DNA from: a virus | Virus record (IMG/VR): IMGVR_UViG_3300025289_000026 | Location: 14,503 to 78,502 of that record | DNA: 64,000 nt | Strand: one strand, 5' to 3' | Shown: positions 36,103 to 45,343 of the stretch, piece by piece | How the letters are laid out: every line of letters starts with the position of its first letter | How positions within the stretch are numbered: the first letter of the stretch is position 1 | The notes under the pieces: model-generated | The model's database searches: none | Told to the model about the DNA's origin: nothing | What the model saw: the letters and a program-made list of their open reading frames with translations, nothing else | Made by a program: the position numbers and the translations under genes

Positions 36103-39100
36103 CTATTTCGCCGCAGACCACGTAGTTGCGTATTTCGCACTTACCTTCAGGGGCACCCGCCAATCGATGTGACTCATCGATGCCTCCATGTGGTTCACAA
36201 TGATGATCTTGGCTTCTTCGGCGTGCTGGTCCGGTACTTCTTCCACGACTTCGTCGTGAACCTGGAGCACGAGATCCGCCCCCATGGTCTTGAGCACTGG
36301 ATCGTTCGTGATCGCGGGCATGTAGTAGCGCATCAGGTCTGCTGCGGAGTTGTGAGTGATGACCCCGTTGACCATAAATCGTCCAGTGTCGCTGTTGACT
36401 ACATCGAACATCTCGATGTATTCTTCAGTTTCTGTTACGCTACGGACAATCTCTACCCTGCCGAAGGCTTTGGACACGTTGTCATTCGCGAGTAGGCTCA
36501 GCGCCTTTGCATTCTTCGCAGGGTTCAGGAATCCGATCTGTTGTACAAATTTATGGAGATCGCGAGTGCGTAATCGTACGAGTGTTCTATCGACGTAGGT
36601 ATGGACTCGACTTTCGATGCCAAACAACAACAGTGCTTGCTGTATCTCTTCGGCGTAAGTTCTGAATCTTCCGCCTTGCCCGAATGTAAGGGCGATAGTT
36701 TTGCCTGTCACGCCACCATCGCCATCAAACATTCCCCGTAAGAATCCACGCAACAATTCAGAATCTTTGAATATCTCCGCTGGAATGCCATTCTTAAGGT
36801 TTAGTTCGGTGGCTTGACGTGCCAGGACAGCGGAGTCCAGATTGAGTATGTGCATGGGTAATTTGTTGGGGCGCTGACGTGTACAGAGTCTATACCGTAG
36901 CCCTGCGGTGCTCAGGCAGTCCAGCATGTAGGGAAGGATACTGATCTCGTGCTCCGCTACCAGCCAGGTCAAGGCTTTATTTCGAACGATAGTTCCGTCT
37001 GAGGCCAATCTACCCAGCATGATCCCTAGAGCTAGAGGATTCTGTATGGCGCTGAGTGATATTCTTTTTGCGTTGCCGACACCATTCGGAGCTTTCCGGT
37101 GTGTCCTTAGTGTGGGTTTCGGAAGTTCTACATGACCATGAAACTTTACTGCATGGGCAAGTTTGATGCGCTCTATTGGTGCAAATTCTAGTGCGGTTCT
37201 AAAGCGTTCCGATCCAACTTCGTTAACCGTAAGGAATTTGTGCTCAGGGCTACAGATGATTCGATTACCAGATGCAAATTCAACGAGTATTTTCTTTTTC
37301 ATACCGGAAGCGATCACCACCGCGCCGACAAAGGCGTTACCATCCCATATCCTTACCGATCTATTGACGAGCGACTTGATAGGAACGTAGCCGTGACCTT
37401 CGACCAATACCCTGGAGTTTCCCTCAACACAGCCCTGGATGATGGCGTTGAAGAGCTGGCGCTCCGCTTTGGAGGAAGCCCGTATGTTGTTGGACCAGAT
37501 CTCCGGCAGCCGTCGGCGCCTGTTCAGCAGCGTGAGGACAAACCCATTGGCCTTGCAGAAACCTGTGTGATACTTCTTGGCCTGGAGTATCCCAGGGAAT
37601 GTTTTGAAGAACAGGTCGATGATCGCTCTGGCTTCCTCAAGCGTAACCCCAAGGTTGGCGGCCAATCGTTTGTCCCCCATGCCGTACAGGATGCCGAAGA
37701 GCAATGTCTTGGCCGACTTGCGGCACGCCAACATCTTCTTTTGTGCGGACGTCAGGACACCACCCGACTCCTTGAGAACCTTGGCCTCGAGGATGTCCTC
37801 GTACTTGAGGTCAAACAGGCTCGCGGCCGTGTAGGCGTGGAGGTCGCGGCCCTCTAGCAACACCTTGATCAAATTCTCATCACCCGATATCTGGGCCGTG
37901 AGCAAGACCTCCAGTTGGCTGAAATCCGCCACCACGAGGGATCTGCCCTCCGGGGCCTTGAAGGCAATCCGGATATCGTACTGCTGGATGCGCTCGTCTT
38001 CCGATGGGTTCTCGACGTTCTGTAGATTTGGTGAGGCAGAACTGGTACGTCCGGTCCGAGTCCCGGTGACGCGAAACTGACAATGGACTCGTCCGTCACT
38101 CTTGATATGGCTGGACAAGCCCTCGACATATGTGCTCAACAGCTTGCTGAGTTTCCGGTGCTCCAACAGGGGGGTAATGTCATCGGGGTAGTCTTCCTCC
38201 AGGATTTCGAGTGCCTCTTTTTTGTACGAGGCCTTCCGTATCCCGCTGGCCCCGCCATCCGTGTACTTGACGATCGGCATCCCGATGGTCTCGTGGAACA
38301 ACCGGTGTAGCTGGTCACTGGAGTTTAGGTTGATGACATGGCCTGCCCGCTGGGTGTAGAAGTTCTCAATCTCCTGAATCCTTGATTTCAAAGGAGCTTC
38401 GTACCGTTTGAGCGCATGGGCCTCGACGCAGGCGCCGTTGTGCTCCATCGTCCAGATGGACTTGACATACGGTTCCTCCATCTCGATGTAGTAGTCCCAA
38501 AGGGATTTGCCGTCTTGCCATACCTGCTCCTCAAGCCGACGCTTGAGTTCGTAAAAAAGCAGCAAGGTGGCGTAGGGATCGGTGGCCGCGTAGTCTAGGA
38601 ATACTTCTCGTTTGGTCTCCATGGCCCACTCGGCCGGCGACAGGTTGATCCCCTTGGGCGGTTTCTTAAACAGGGTGCTGAATGGCTTCATCCCGTGGAT
38701 TAATCCGTAATCTCCGCAACATTCCTTGAGTCCATGACGACCGTACCGGTTCTCATCCACCAGGTGATCCATCACCAGGGTGTCGAACACCCGGGCACGG
38801 AATCCCGGGCGAACCCTCCAGGTGCGCCAACAGATGTGGGCGTCGTAGGGGTAGTTGTGGGCAATGACGTCAACCCCAACGCAGTCGAGCATCGAGACCA
38901 ACGGGACCGCGACCACGGGGTTGGGTTCGAATACCAGGCGGGACCCTTGCGCAAGATCGAACAATTGGTCACCCCATTGGGGTCTCCAGGGTGTCTTGGG
39001 AACGCTCAAGGACACCAGGACGTTGCGGGCGACGTGGGGATCCTCACTCGTGGTTTCGGTATCGAACGCCACGATCCCCAGGTCGCGGATCACCTGGGAC

Positions 39101-39165
39101 AAGACCAAAGCCTCGGCCTCAGTCTTGATTTCGATGTATGGTAGAAGGGAGTGAAATTTTGGCAT
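36103..39165 (-). CDS. polA: Family A DNA polymerase with 3'-5' exonuclease, intein-containing
   Basis: FDTET, HNxxYD, YAATD; TGRTSS..PNLQN; DFSQLE; RxxAKxxxFGILYG; VHDE. Confidence 0.95.
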   Translation of the reverse strand: MPKFHSLLPYIEIKTEAEALVLSQVIRDLGIVAFDTETTSEDPHVARNVLVSLSVPKTPWRPQWGDQLFDLAQGSRLVFEPNPVVAVPLVSMLDCVGVDVIAHNYPYDAHICWRTWRVRPGFRARVFDTLVMDHLVDENRYGRHGLKECCGDYGLIHGMKPFSTLFKKPPKGINLSPAEWAMETKREVFLDYAATDPYATLLLFYELKRRLEEQVWQDGKSLWDYYIEMEEPYVKSIWTMEHNGACVEAHALKRYEAPLKSRIQEIENFYTQRAGHVINLNSSDQLHRLFHETIGMPIVKYTDGGASGIRKASYKKEALEILEEDYPDDITPLLEHRKLSKLLSTYVEGLSSHIKSDGRVHCQFRVTGTRTGRTSSASPNLQNVENPSEDERIQQYDIRIAFKAPEGRSLVVADFSQLEVLLTAQISGDENLIKVLLEGRDLHAYTAASLFDLKYEDILEAKVLKESGGVLTSAQKKMLACRKSAKTLLFGILYGMGDKRLAANLGVTLEEARAIIDLFFKTFPGILQAKKYHTGFCKANGFVLTLLNRRRRLPEIWSNNIRASSKAERQLFNAIIQGCVEGNSRVLVEGHGYVPIKSLVNRSVRIWDGNAFVGAVVIASGMKKKILVEFASGNRIICSPEHKFLTVNEVGSERFRTALEFAPIERIKLAHAVKFHGHVELPKPTLRTHRKAPNGVGNAKRISLSAIQNPLALGIMLGRLASDGTIVRNKALTWLVAEHEISILPYMLDCLSTAGLRYRLCTRQRPNKLPMHILNLDSAVLARQATELNLKNGIPAEIFKDSELLRGFLRGMFDGDGGVTGKTIALTFGQGGRFRTYAEEIQQALLLFGIESRVHTYVDRTLVRLRTRDLHKFVQQIGFLNPAKNAKALSLLANDNVSKAFGRVEIVRSVTETEEYIEMFDVVNSDTGRFMVNGVITHNSAADLMRYYMPAITNDPVLKTMGADLVLQVHDEVVEEVPDQHAEEAKIIIVNHMEASMSHIDWRVPLKVSAKYATTWSAAK
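36349..37431 (-). mobile_element. Canonical intein with LAGLIDADG endonuclease in PolA (361 aa)
   Basis: IIQG|CVEG...SPEH...LGRLASDG...LRGMFDGDG...THN|SAAD; lower GC than flanks. Confidence 0.93.
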
Positions 39166-39784
39166 GTGGCATCACCAGCCCATAGATGTTGATTCCAGCG
39201 CGATAAAAGACCCCCTTGGCCGCGACCGGCAGGCTACGCCACGAATGGGTTGGTTCTCGAAACGAATCCCTGACCCCTGAGTAAAGTTGTACCAGCTTGT
39301 TATCCAGCAGGTTTCGGTAATACCGTATCCCAACATGGACGACCTCGTTGTGACGATTGGTCGTTAGAAACACGATCCCTTCGGAGTTCTCCCCCATCTT
39401 GACAAGCGGGAGGCGTTCCTGAGGCCCGGCGTCGGCCTGGGCTTCCGCCAGCGCCACGATGTCGGACATGAAGAGACTTTTGTTGTAGATCAAGCTTTTG
39501 AACTTTTGGTCCACGTCGTACTTGGCCTTGGGGTCAAGCATTTCGGTGGACGGTAATTCGGCGTTCTGACGTGCGTACATCCCGATGGCCCTGAGTCGCA
39601 TGGGTACCAGTAGTTTGGATGCTTCCCGAATCGCCATGACGGAATATAAGTCCGTCGCGACCACCAGGTCCTGGGAGGCCACGTAGGCCAGAAGCCCCCC
39701 AGGACCCAGGTTCCGGGCGTAATCCTCGATCAGCCCCCGTAGGGCCGAGCGTTCGGATTTGAGGTATTGGAACCTTGTAGCCAT
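39119..39784 (-). CDS. Hypothetical protein
   Basis: 221-aa ORF overlapping both neighbours. Confidence 0.7.
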   Translation of the reverse strand: MATRFQYLKSERSALRGLIEDYARNLGPGGLLAYVASQDLVVATDLYSVMAIREASKLLVPMRLRAIGMYARQNAELPSTEMLDPKAKYDVDQKFKSLIYNKSLFMSDIVALAEAQADAGPQERLPLVKMGENSEGIVFLTTNRHNEVVHVGIRYYRNLLDNKLVQLYSGVRDSFREPTHSWRSLPVAAKGVFYRAGINIYGLVMPHAKISLPSTIHRNQD

Positions 39785-40737
39785 TCTTTCGGTATCGCGA
39801 GTCCGATTTCTTCTGCCTGTTGCCCGATGGTCGGGCCTTTCGTGATGATGAGGTTGAGTCTCTCGAAGAAATGCTCCAAGTCTTCAAAATCAGGTTGTAC
39901 CACCTGGTAGCCCTTGGCCTCGGCATAGTCATAAGCTGACTTTTTTCGCGGCTGACCATCGCGGCCAATCGTGTTGGTCACGGTCTTGGAGACGTAGATC
40001 ACGATGTCGTACAGTGCCTTGGGATGCGGTTGGCCACACTTGGTGCAGCGGCGCACAACCTCGGGGTATCCTTCGATCTTGCACATCTGGCACACCGCAG
40101 GGTTGTACCGCACTTGTTCGAATTGCTCGACGTTCAACTGGGCAATCTGGTGGGTGTTGAACATCGGGGCCTTGCACTGCTGGCACGCCAGAGCTTCGAT
40201 CTGCATGAGGCCCCCGCAGCCTTTGCACTCGTTCTGTACATTGTTGTGAAGTTGCCGGATGTCCCGGTACTGGGCTCCGCTGCAGTACAGCACCTTGAGA
40301 CCCCCGGGCACTACCATCTGGCGTTGCGCCGGGTCGACAATCGGGACATTCGCTGGAATCAAGGTTTTCTTGCCATTGGTTTCGATGTAGCGGCCGTGGT
40401 CAAACACCGGGATCACGATCTCGCTGGGGGCGGAGCGTTGCCCGCGGTCGGCCCGGAGCTGACTCGTGGCTTTGCCGTAGCACGTGAGGCAGCGGCCCGT
40501 GGTGCTCTCGAATCCGTCGGTACATATGACCGGGGGCATGGTCTCCTTCTTGCCCGTCTTCTCGCTCACCCGTTCGATCCAATGGCGCCGGACCTCAGGG
40601 AAGCCGTTAGGGAACAGATCTTCCGGGGGTTGGAGCACCTGGATGGGAAGTTGGGACCCATCCTGCAGGATGACGTTGGGCAGGAACGGCATCCTGCCGC
40701 TTGAGGTCGGTTTGGTCTTGGTGAAGGCGTCGTTCAT
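39730..40737 (-). CDS. Probable ssDNA-binding protein (gp32-like position) with five CxxC pairs
   Basis: AAGGAG SD; between primase and polymerase; RHW, C..CLTC, YDIVIYVSK pattern. Confidence 0.5.
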   Translation of the reverse strand: MNDAFTKTKPTSSGRMPFLPNVILQDGSQLPIQVLQPPEDLFPNGFPEVRRHWIERVSEKTGKKETMPPVICTDGFESTTGRCLTCYGKATSQLRADRGQRSAPSEIVIPVFDHGRYIETNGKKTLIPANVPIVDPAQRQMVVPGGLKVLYCSGAQYRDIRQLHNNVQNECKGCGGLMQIEALACQQCKAPMFNTHQIAQLNVEQFEQVRYNPAVCQMCKIEGYPEVVRRCTKCGQPHPKALYDIVIYVSKTVTNTIGRDGQPRKKSAYDYAEAKGYQVVQPDFEDLEHFFERLNLIITKGPTIGQQAEEIGLAIPKEWLQGSNTSNPNARPYGG

Positions 40738-40776
40738 AGGTTCTCCTTGTAGTGGGTAGCTAAGTAGCCTGATGGT

Positions 40777-41637
40777 CTAGTTAGCTGGGTTAAACAGGTG
40801 TTTTATTTCTTCAGGTGACAGGTTATCCGGTTGGGCCCCTGGGTACTGGAGCACCGTCGCGGGTACCCCTTGGGCCAGGAGCGCTTGTTGAACGATTTTC
40901 CCAGAGGTTCTTCCGGAAACGTCGTTGTCAAACACCACGATAACACGGTCCGCCAGATTCTGCAAATGGGTGATTTGTGACGGCGTCACCTTGGTCCCCA
41001 TGGTGGCGACGACGTTGTCGACCCCGTGCTGCTTGAGCCAAAGGCAGGCCTTGTACCCCTCGACCACATAAAGCAACGGGGTGCCCTTGGGCACCAGGTG
41101 GCCCCCGTAGAGCCATGACTTGTTTCGAGGTGCATAGTTGTGATCTACAGCACCCCGGAGCATCGTCCCGGTATAGACTTTATACCGCGGTTCCACCCCG
41201 TCGGCCGCTCGCCCGCTGATTGCCACGAGACGACCACCGGGTGCCCGGATTGGGAACGTGATGCGCTCGTACATCATGTCGTACCCGACTTCGAATTTCA
41301 GTAATGTGGCTTCGGAGAAACCTGTGTCCGCCAGGGCCACGGGGCAGTAGCGAAACAGCGCCAAGACCGATTCGTTCATCTGGTCGTTCGTTTCCCGGCG
41401 GATCGCGGGCATCAGGTTGACGCCGTCGAAATTATACCCAAGTAATTTCTTGAGGGATTCGAAATTTCCTGTGATCCCGCAGCTAAAGCACCGGTAGTGG
41501 CCACTGGCCAGATGGACTGAAAAACTTGGATGTGCCTCTTGTCCGCCCTTGTGGACAGGGCACGCGGCAATCGCATGGGTATCGCTGGTACGACGCACCA
41601 GGTTGAGCCGGGCGTCGAGCTGGTCTAACAAATCCAT
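40777..41637 (-). CDS. dnaG: DnaG-type primase (CHC2 zinc finger plus TOPRIM)
   Basis: CPVH..CFSC; RITFPI, SGR, PRY; VEG, FDND..G, PD. Confidence 0.9.
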   Translation of the reverse strand: MDLLDQLDARLNLVRRTSDTHAIAACPVHKGGQEAHPSFSVHLASGHYRCFSCGITGNFESLKKLLGYNFDGVNLMPAIRRETNDQMNESVLALFRYCPVALADTGFSEATLLKFEVGYDMMYERITFPIRAPGGRLVAISGRAADGVEPRYKVYTGTMLRGAVDHNYAPRNKSWLYGGHLVPKGTPLLYVVEGYKACLWLKQHGVDNVVATMGTKVTPSQITHLQNLADRVIVVFDNDVSGRTSGKIVQQALLAQGVPATVLQYPGAQPDNLSPEEIKHLFNPAN

Positions 41638-42950
41638 TAGTCGTTGAACCGGTTGGTCTCCTTGGATTCTTCCTCATCCTCCCCAAGGTACTTGGACGGA
41701 AGTTTCCAGTCGGGTTGACCGTTGGGCAACATGATGGGGCCAAGGCCATGACAGCATTTGTTCCCAACGGAGAAGCCGTCCAGCGTGGTCTCGCGGGCCG
41801 CCTGGACTAAAAAAACCGTACGTTCGAGACGTTTGTCATTGTCGAGCCGGAGCATGAGGTCACAGTCCATCGCAAAGGCATCGGAGAACGCCGCGTCTCC
41901 CGTGACCCAGAGGCGTGCTCTCTCGCCCTTCCGATTCGCCTGGGTCGTGATGACACTCGGGAGCTTGAGCGCTTGGCAAAGGTGTTGCAGATCGTAACTG
42001 ATGTTCCGGATGGTCTTGGGGTCGGCGTCCCGTTTCTTGGTCTGCTGATCCACCATCTTGTAGAGCGAGTCCACCAACAGGATGTCGGGCTTATATTCGT
42101 CGATCTTGGCCATGAGGGACGAGACCGTTCGGCCTTCGATGTTATCAGTCAGCGACGTGATGATGATCTCCTGTTCATACGGAATCGTATTCCGAGACGT
42201 TAAGTATTCGCGGAACCTTGCCTCGTCGGTTTCAAACAAGCTGCCGCCGAGCACCTGGCCGTAGTCCACATGACACTGGATCGCGGCCGTACGGTTGAGC
42301 AGTACCTCCTCGGCCATTTCGCACGACACCACCAGGGAGCGCTTGCCAGCCCGTTGGGCCGCACACGCGATTTCCAGGAGCCGGAACGTCTTGGTAGATT
42401 TCATACGCCCATAGATCACGTTGAATGTCCCTGGCTGGATTCCGCCGGTTGCCTCGTTGAGCGGTGCCCAAGGCCAGGGAATTCCCCTCATCCTGCCGCC
42501 ATGCTTGATGTCGAGGTACATTTGATAGAGCTTACCCGAGTGGCTCGACATAGTGATGTCTTTTGACATCATCATGCTGGAGCTGGCGGCCGAGGCCCCG
42601 CGGTGCAGTTCCGCGACGGCGTCGTCATACTGCTGCATCGCGATGTTGCTTTCCGCGTTGGCAATCGAGGCCCTGAGGGTAATTTCGACTCGCTCCTTAT
42701 GAACCCTGTCCACTAGCTCCGAGACATTCATGGTGGTCTCGGGGGTGTACATGAACGCGGGGACAAGCCGTGTGATGTCCTCGAGTGGCGGGACGTTGGT
42801 GTGACGTTGGAAATATGCCCCGATGAATCCCCAGACGGCTTTTTCGTCTGGCGTGTAGAACGATCGTTCCGTAACCCCAAGGCGCTTGGCCTCCAGGAAA
42901 TTGGTCGAGCTTTCGATCGCTTTGGTCAAGAGCTTGACAGTACTGCTCAT
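41637..42950 (-). CDS. dnaB: DnaB-like replicative helicase
   Basis: GIPWPW..LN..TGG; SCEM; LLVDSLY; QANR; SDAFAMDCD; GAGGA SD. Confidence 0.88.
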   Translation of the reverse strand: MSSTVKLLTKAIESSTNFLEAKRLGVTERSFYTPDEKAVWGFIGAYFQRHTNVPPLEDITRLVPAFMYTPETTMNVSELVDRVHKERVEITLRASIANAESNIAMQQYDDAVAELHRGASAASSSMMMSKDITMSSHSGKLYQMYLDIKHGGRMRGIPWPWAPLNEATGGIQPGTFNVIYGRMKSTKTFRLLEIACAAQRAGKRSLVVSCEMAEEVLLNRTAAIQCHVDYGQVLGGSLFETDEARFREYLTSRNTIPYEQEIIITSLTDNIEGRTVSSLMAKIDEYKPDILLVDSLYKMVDQQTKKRDADPKTIRNISYDLQHLCQALKLPSVITTQANRKGERARLWVTGDAAFSDAFAMDCDLMLRLDNDKRLERTVFLVQAARETTLDGFSVGNKCCHGLGPIMLPNGQPDWKLPSKYLGEDEEESKETNRFND

Positions 42951-43534
42951 AGGATTTCCTCGAGTGTCTTGGTGGCGGCCAGCGCGGTCTTGAGGCTGAC
43001 TCCGCGGAGTTGTTGTAGTTGTAATAATGCTTCGAGTACCGGGAGATCCCCAAGATGCAGGATGTTGCCCCACAGGTTTTCGACTCGCTTGGTCAAGGGG
43101 AAGTTGAATGGCGACGCGAGCATCTCGGTGATGAACTCCATGTTGTCCGCCGGTACCCCGTGGGTCAGGGCCACGCGGGCCACGTCCTCGAGGTCTCCCT
43201 TGATGACCGAGGGGGCACCGAACGCTACCCCACGGTACACCACGAGTCCGGCGGAACTGAACTTGCCTGCGCTATAGTCATCCACGGCAAACCATGCCGT
43301 CATGGTCCCGGGGATCGACATCCCGACCTCAAGACCCCATTTTCTATGGGTTGAGCGCACCAGGGTGGCCATGTGGTAACTCGCGGCCTCCATGGCCATG
43401 ATGGAGGTTATGGCCGGCCGTCGCAGTTCTTCCAGGCGCTCACCCGAGGGATTCTCCAGGTAATCCCCGTGGTCGAGAAACCGGTACTCCGGTTTTTCAG
43501 GAAGGACGGTTCCCCAGAATGCTCGCCAGAACAT
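42947..43534 (-). CDS. Hypothetical protein
   Basis: GAGGA SD before ATG 43534; ATGA overlap with dnaB. Confidence 0.65.
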   Translation of the reverse strand: MFWRAFWGTVLPEKPEYRFLDHGDYLENPSGERLEELRRPAITSIMAMEAASYHMATLVRSTHRKWGLEVGMSIPGTMTAWFAVDDYSAGKFSSAGLVVYRGVAFGAPSVIKGDLEDVARVALTHGVPADNMEFITEMLASPFNFPLTKRVENLWGNILHLGDLPVLEALLQLQQLRGVSLKTALAATKTLEEIL

Positions 43535-43832
43535 CTCGTTCCTCGTGGTTGTGCTCCAGGGCGTTGGCAATATCGTCCCGTAGGCAGTTAAAAAAATAGG
43601 CAAAGGCCTTGAGGGTCTCGCGGTCCATCACCATGTTGTTGTTTGCAGCCGTGGGGCTGTTGGATATCGTGCCCTTGGCCACCAGCTCCCCACGGCTCGA
43701 CAGCATGGCGAACTCACAGCCGAGCAACAACTTGGATTCCTCATCCGCTGGCCCAGGGGTTATCCCGGGTTCCGGGGGGGAGATACGGAACTCCCCCCCG
43801 AGGATACGGATTTCTTTGATCTCGATCTTCAT
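43497..43832 (-). CDS. Hypothetical protein
   Basis: GAGGAGG SD; ATGA overlap. Confidence 0.75.
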   Translation of the reverse strand: MKIEIKEIRILGGEFRISPPEPGITPGPADEESKLLLGCEFAMLSSRGELVAKGTISNSPTAANNNMVMDRETLKAFAYFFNCLRDDIANALEHNHEERDVLASILGNRPS

Positions 43833-44269
43833 TTGTCCTCCTCTGGTTTTGTGATCTTGGCGGTGAAGCTCTTGGTCTTGATGGCCGTGAGGGCTTCGGA
43901 CGGAAGGGCCTTGGCCTTCACCAAGGTCTCGAGCGTAGCGGTCAAGACGACAGGCTCCTTGGGTTCCACGAGGCCAGGGTATTGTTCGAGCGGGTTTGAC
44001 AACAGGGTCTTGAGGACTGCGGTATCCACGAAGCGGTTCGGCGTGAGCGAGAGACTGAAGCTCTTGCCCGTTACATCACGGAAGTCCTTGTTTGATTCGG
44101 CCTCTTGCTTGGACAATTCGACGAGTCGTTTCTCGATCGCGTCTTTGTTATCTACAAGCTTGGTGTACAACCTGATTTTGTCGCCGTGCTCTGTCATCAG
44201 GATCTCGATCGTGCTGTTGGATTGATCGAGGGCATCGCGTTGAATTTTGATTTTTTCAGGTAAGCGCAT
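43829..44269 (-). CDS. Hypothetical protein with an N-terminal coiled coil
   Basis: AAGGAG SD; 146 aa. Confidence 0.8.
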   Translation of the reverse strand: MRLPEKIKIQRDALDQSNSTIEILMTEHGDKIRLYTKLVDNKDAIEKRLVELSKQEAESNKDFRDVTGKSFSLSLTPNRFVDTAVLKTLLSNPLEQYPGLVEPKEPVVLTATLETLVKAKALPSEALTAIKTKSFTAKITKPEEDK

Positions 44270-44321
44270 GGTACTCCTTTGGGGTATGGGTTAAGTAGAT
44301 CGTCCTCTTATGAGCACCAGA

Positions 44322-44678
44322 TCATGTATTTTCACTGGCCCAGCGGGTCAAACGATCGTAGGCGTATTGCTCATGTTCCTCGGCCGTGGCCTTGAGGATA
44401 CCGATGAGCCGGTCGAGTTGCTTTTTCTCATCGCCCGGGTGACACGGGGTCTTGGCAAACACCCGGATCCCCACCTTGCTGAACTCAAGGTTACGGGCAT
44501 TGTCCAGTTCGGCCGACACCCAGCCGATTTGGCTTGGATCGATACCCCGGAGATCCGGGGCCTCAACCTTCACCTCCACGGGGGTCATGACCGTGGCCCC
44601 GAGGTATCCTTGTTTTGTCGTGGTGGCGCCCCCGGTCCTCGCGCCCAACAGTGCGGAAAGTGCATCATTTCGATTCAT
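44322..44678 (-). CDS. Hypothetical protein
   Basis: AAGGAG SD before ATG 44678. Confidence 0.7.
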   Translation of the reverse strand: MNRNDALSALLGARTGGATTTKQGYLGATVMTPVEVKVEAPDLRGIDPSQIGWVSAELDNARNLEFSKVGIRVFAKTPCHPGDEKKQLDRLIGILKATAEEHEQYAYDRLTRWASENT

Positions 44679-45342
44679 GGGTAAGCTCCTTGCTAAATTC
44701 TTTGGCCGACATCGCGGCACTCCAGGCCACCGATACGGCTTCCTTGAGTTGTGTCAACTGTGTCCCCGGGTTCTCCACCATGGACCCACGGGCGACTTTC
44801 CCGGGGTCCCACGACACCACCGCGGGGTATCGAAGTGTCTTGGCAATGCTTTTGCCAGGAACCTCGAGGTAATGGACGGTGTCGGACGCCTTGGTGATGG
44901 TGTTGCGGGTCACAAGGGTCGCGGCTCTCTCGCCTAGCAGCAGGATGATCTTGGGGTCCACGATGTAGATTTCCTGCATGAGCCTTGGGTTACAGGCGAG
45001 TAGTTCGTCTCGTGTAGGTGATCTCGGCTTACGCTTGATCCCTTCGTCGGTGTCCTCATCGTATGATGGCCGGCACAGCACCATCGAGGTGATGTAGACA
45101 TCGTATTGGCGTGATATCCCCAGGGGGGTGAATATCTCGTCCAACAGACTCCCGGCCTCACCCCTGAGGGGGAACCCGACCTTATCCTCGTAGGCGCCAG
45201 GTGGTTCCCCGATGATCATGAGGTTGGCATTTATCCCACCTTCACCGAACACCACCTTGGTTCGCCGCGTACACAGGTCAGGACACCGGAGGCACCCCTT
45301 GTACTCTTCGAATAGTTGTTTGATATCACTTCGTTTGTCCAT
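44665..45342 (-). CDS. Family-4 uracil-DNA glycosylase-like Fe-S protein with a divergent active site
   Basis: CxxCxxL, VVFGEG, IGEPPG..ED..G.P..G.AG..L, CRP, C, PKIILLLG. Confidence 0.85.
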   Translation of the reverse strand: MDKRSDIKQLFEEYKGCLRCPDLCTRRTKVVFGEGGINANLMIIGEPPGAYEDKVGFPLRGEAGSLLDEIFTPLGISRQYDVYITSMVLCRPSYDEDTDEGIKRKPRSPTRDELLACNPRLMQEIYIVDPKIILLLGERAATLVTRNTITKASDTVHYLEVPGKSIAKTLRYPAVVSWDPGKVARGSMVENPGTQLTQLKEAVSVAWSAAMSAKEFSKELTHESK

Positions 45343-45343
45343 T

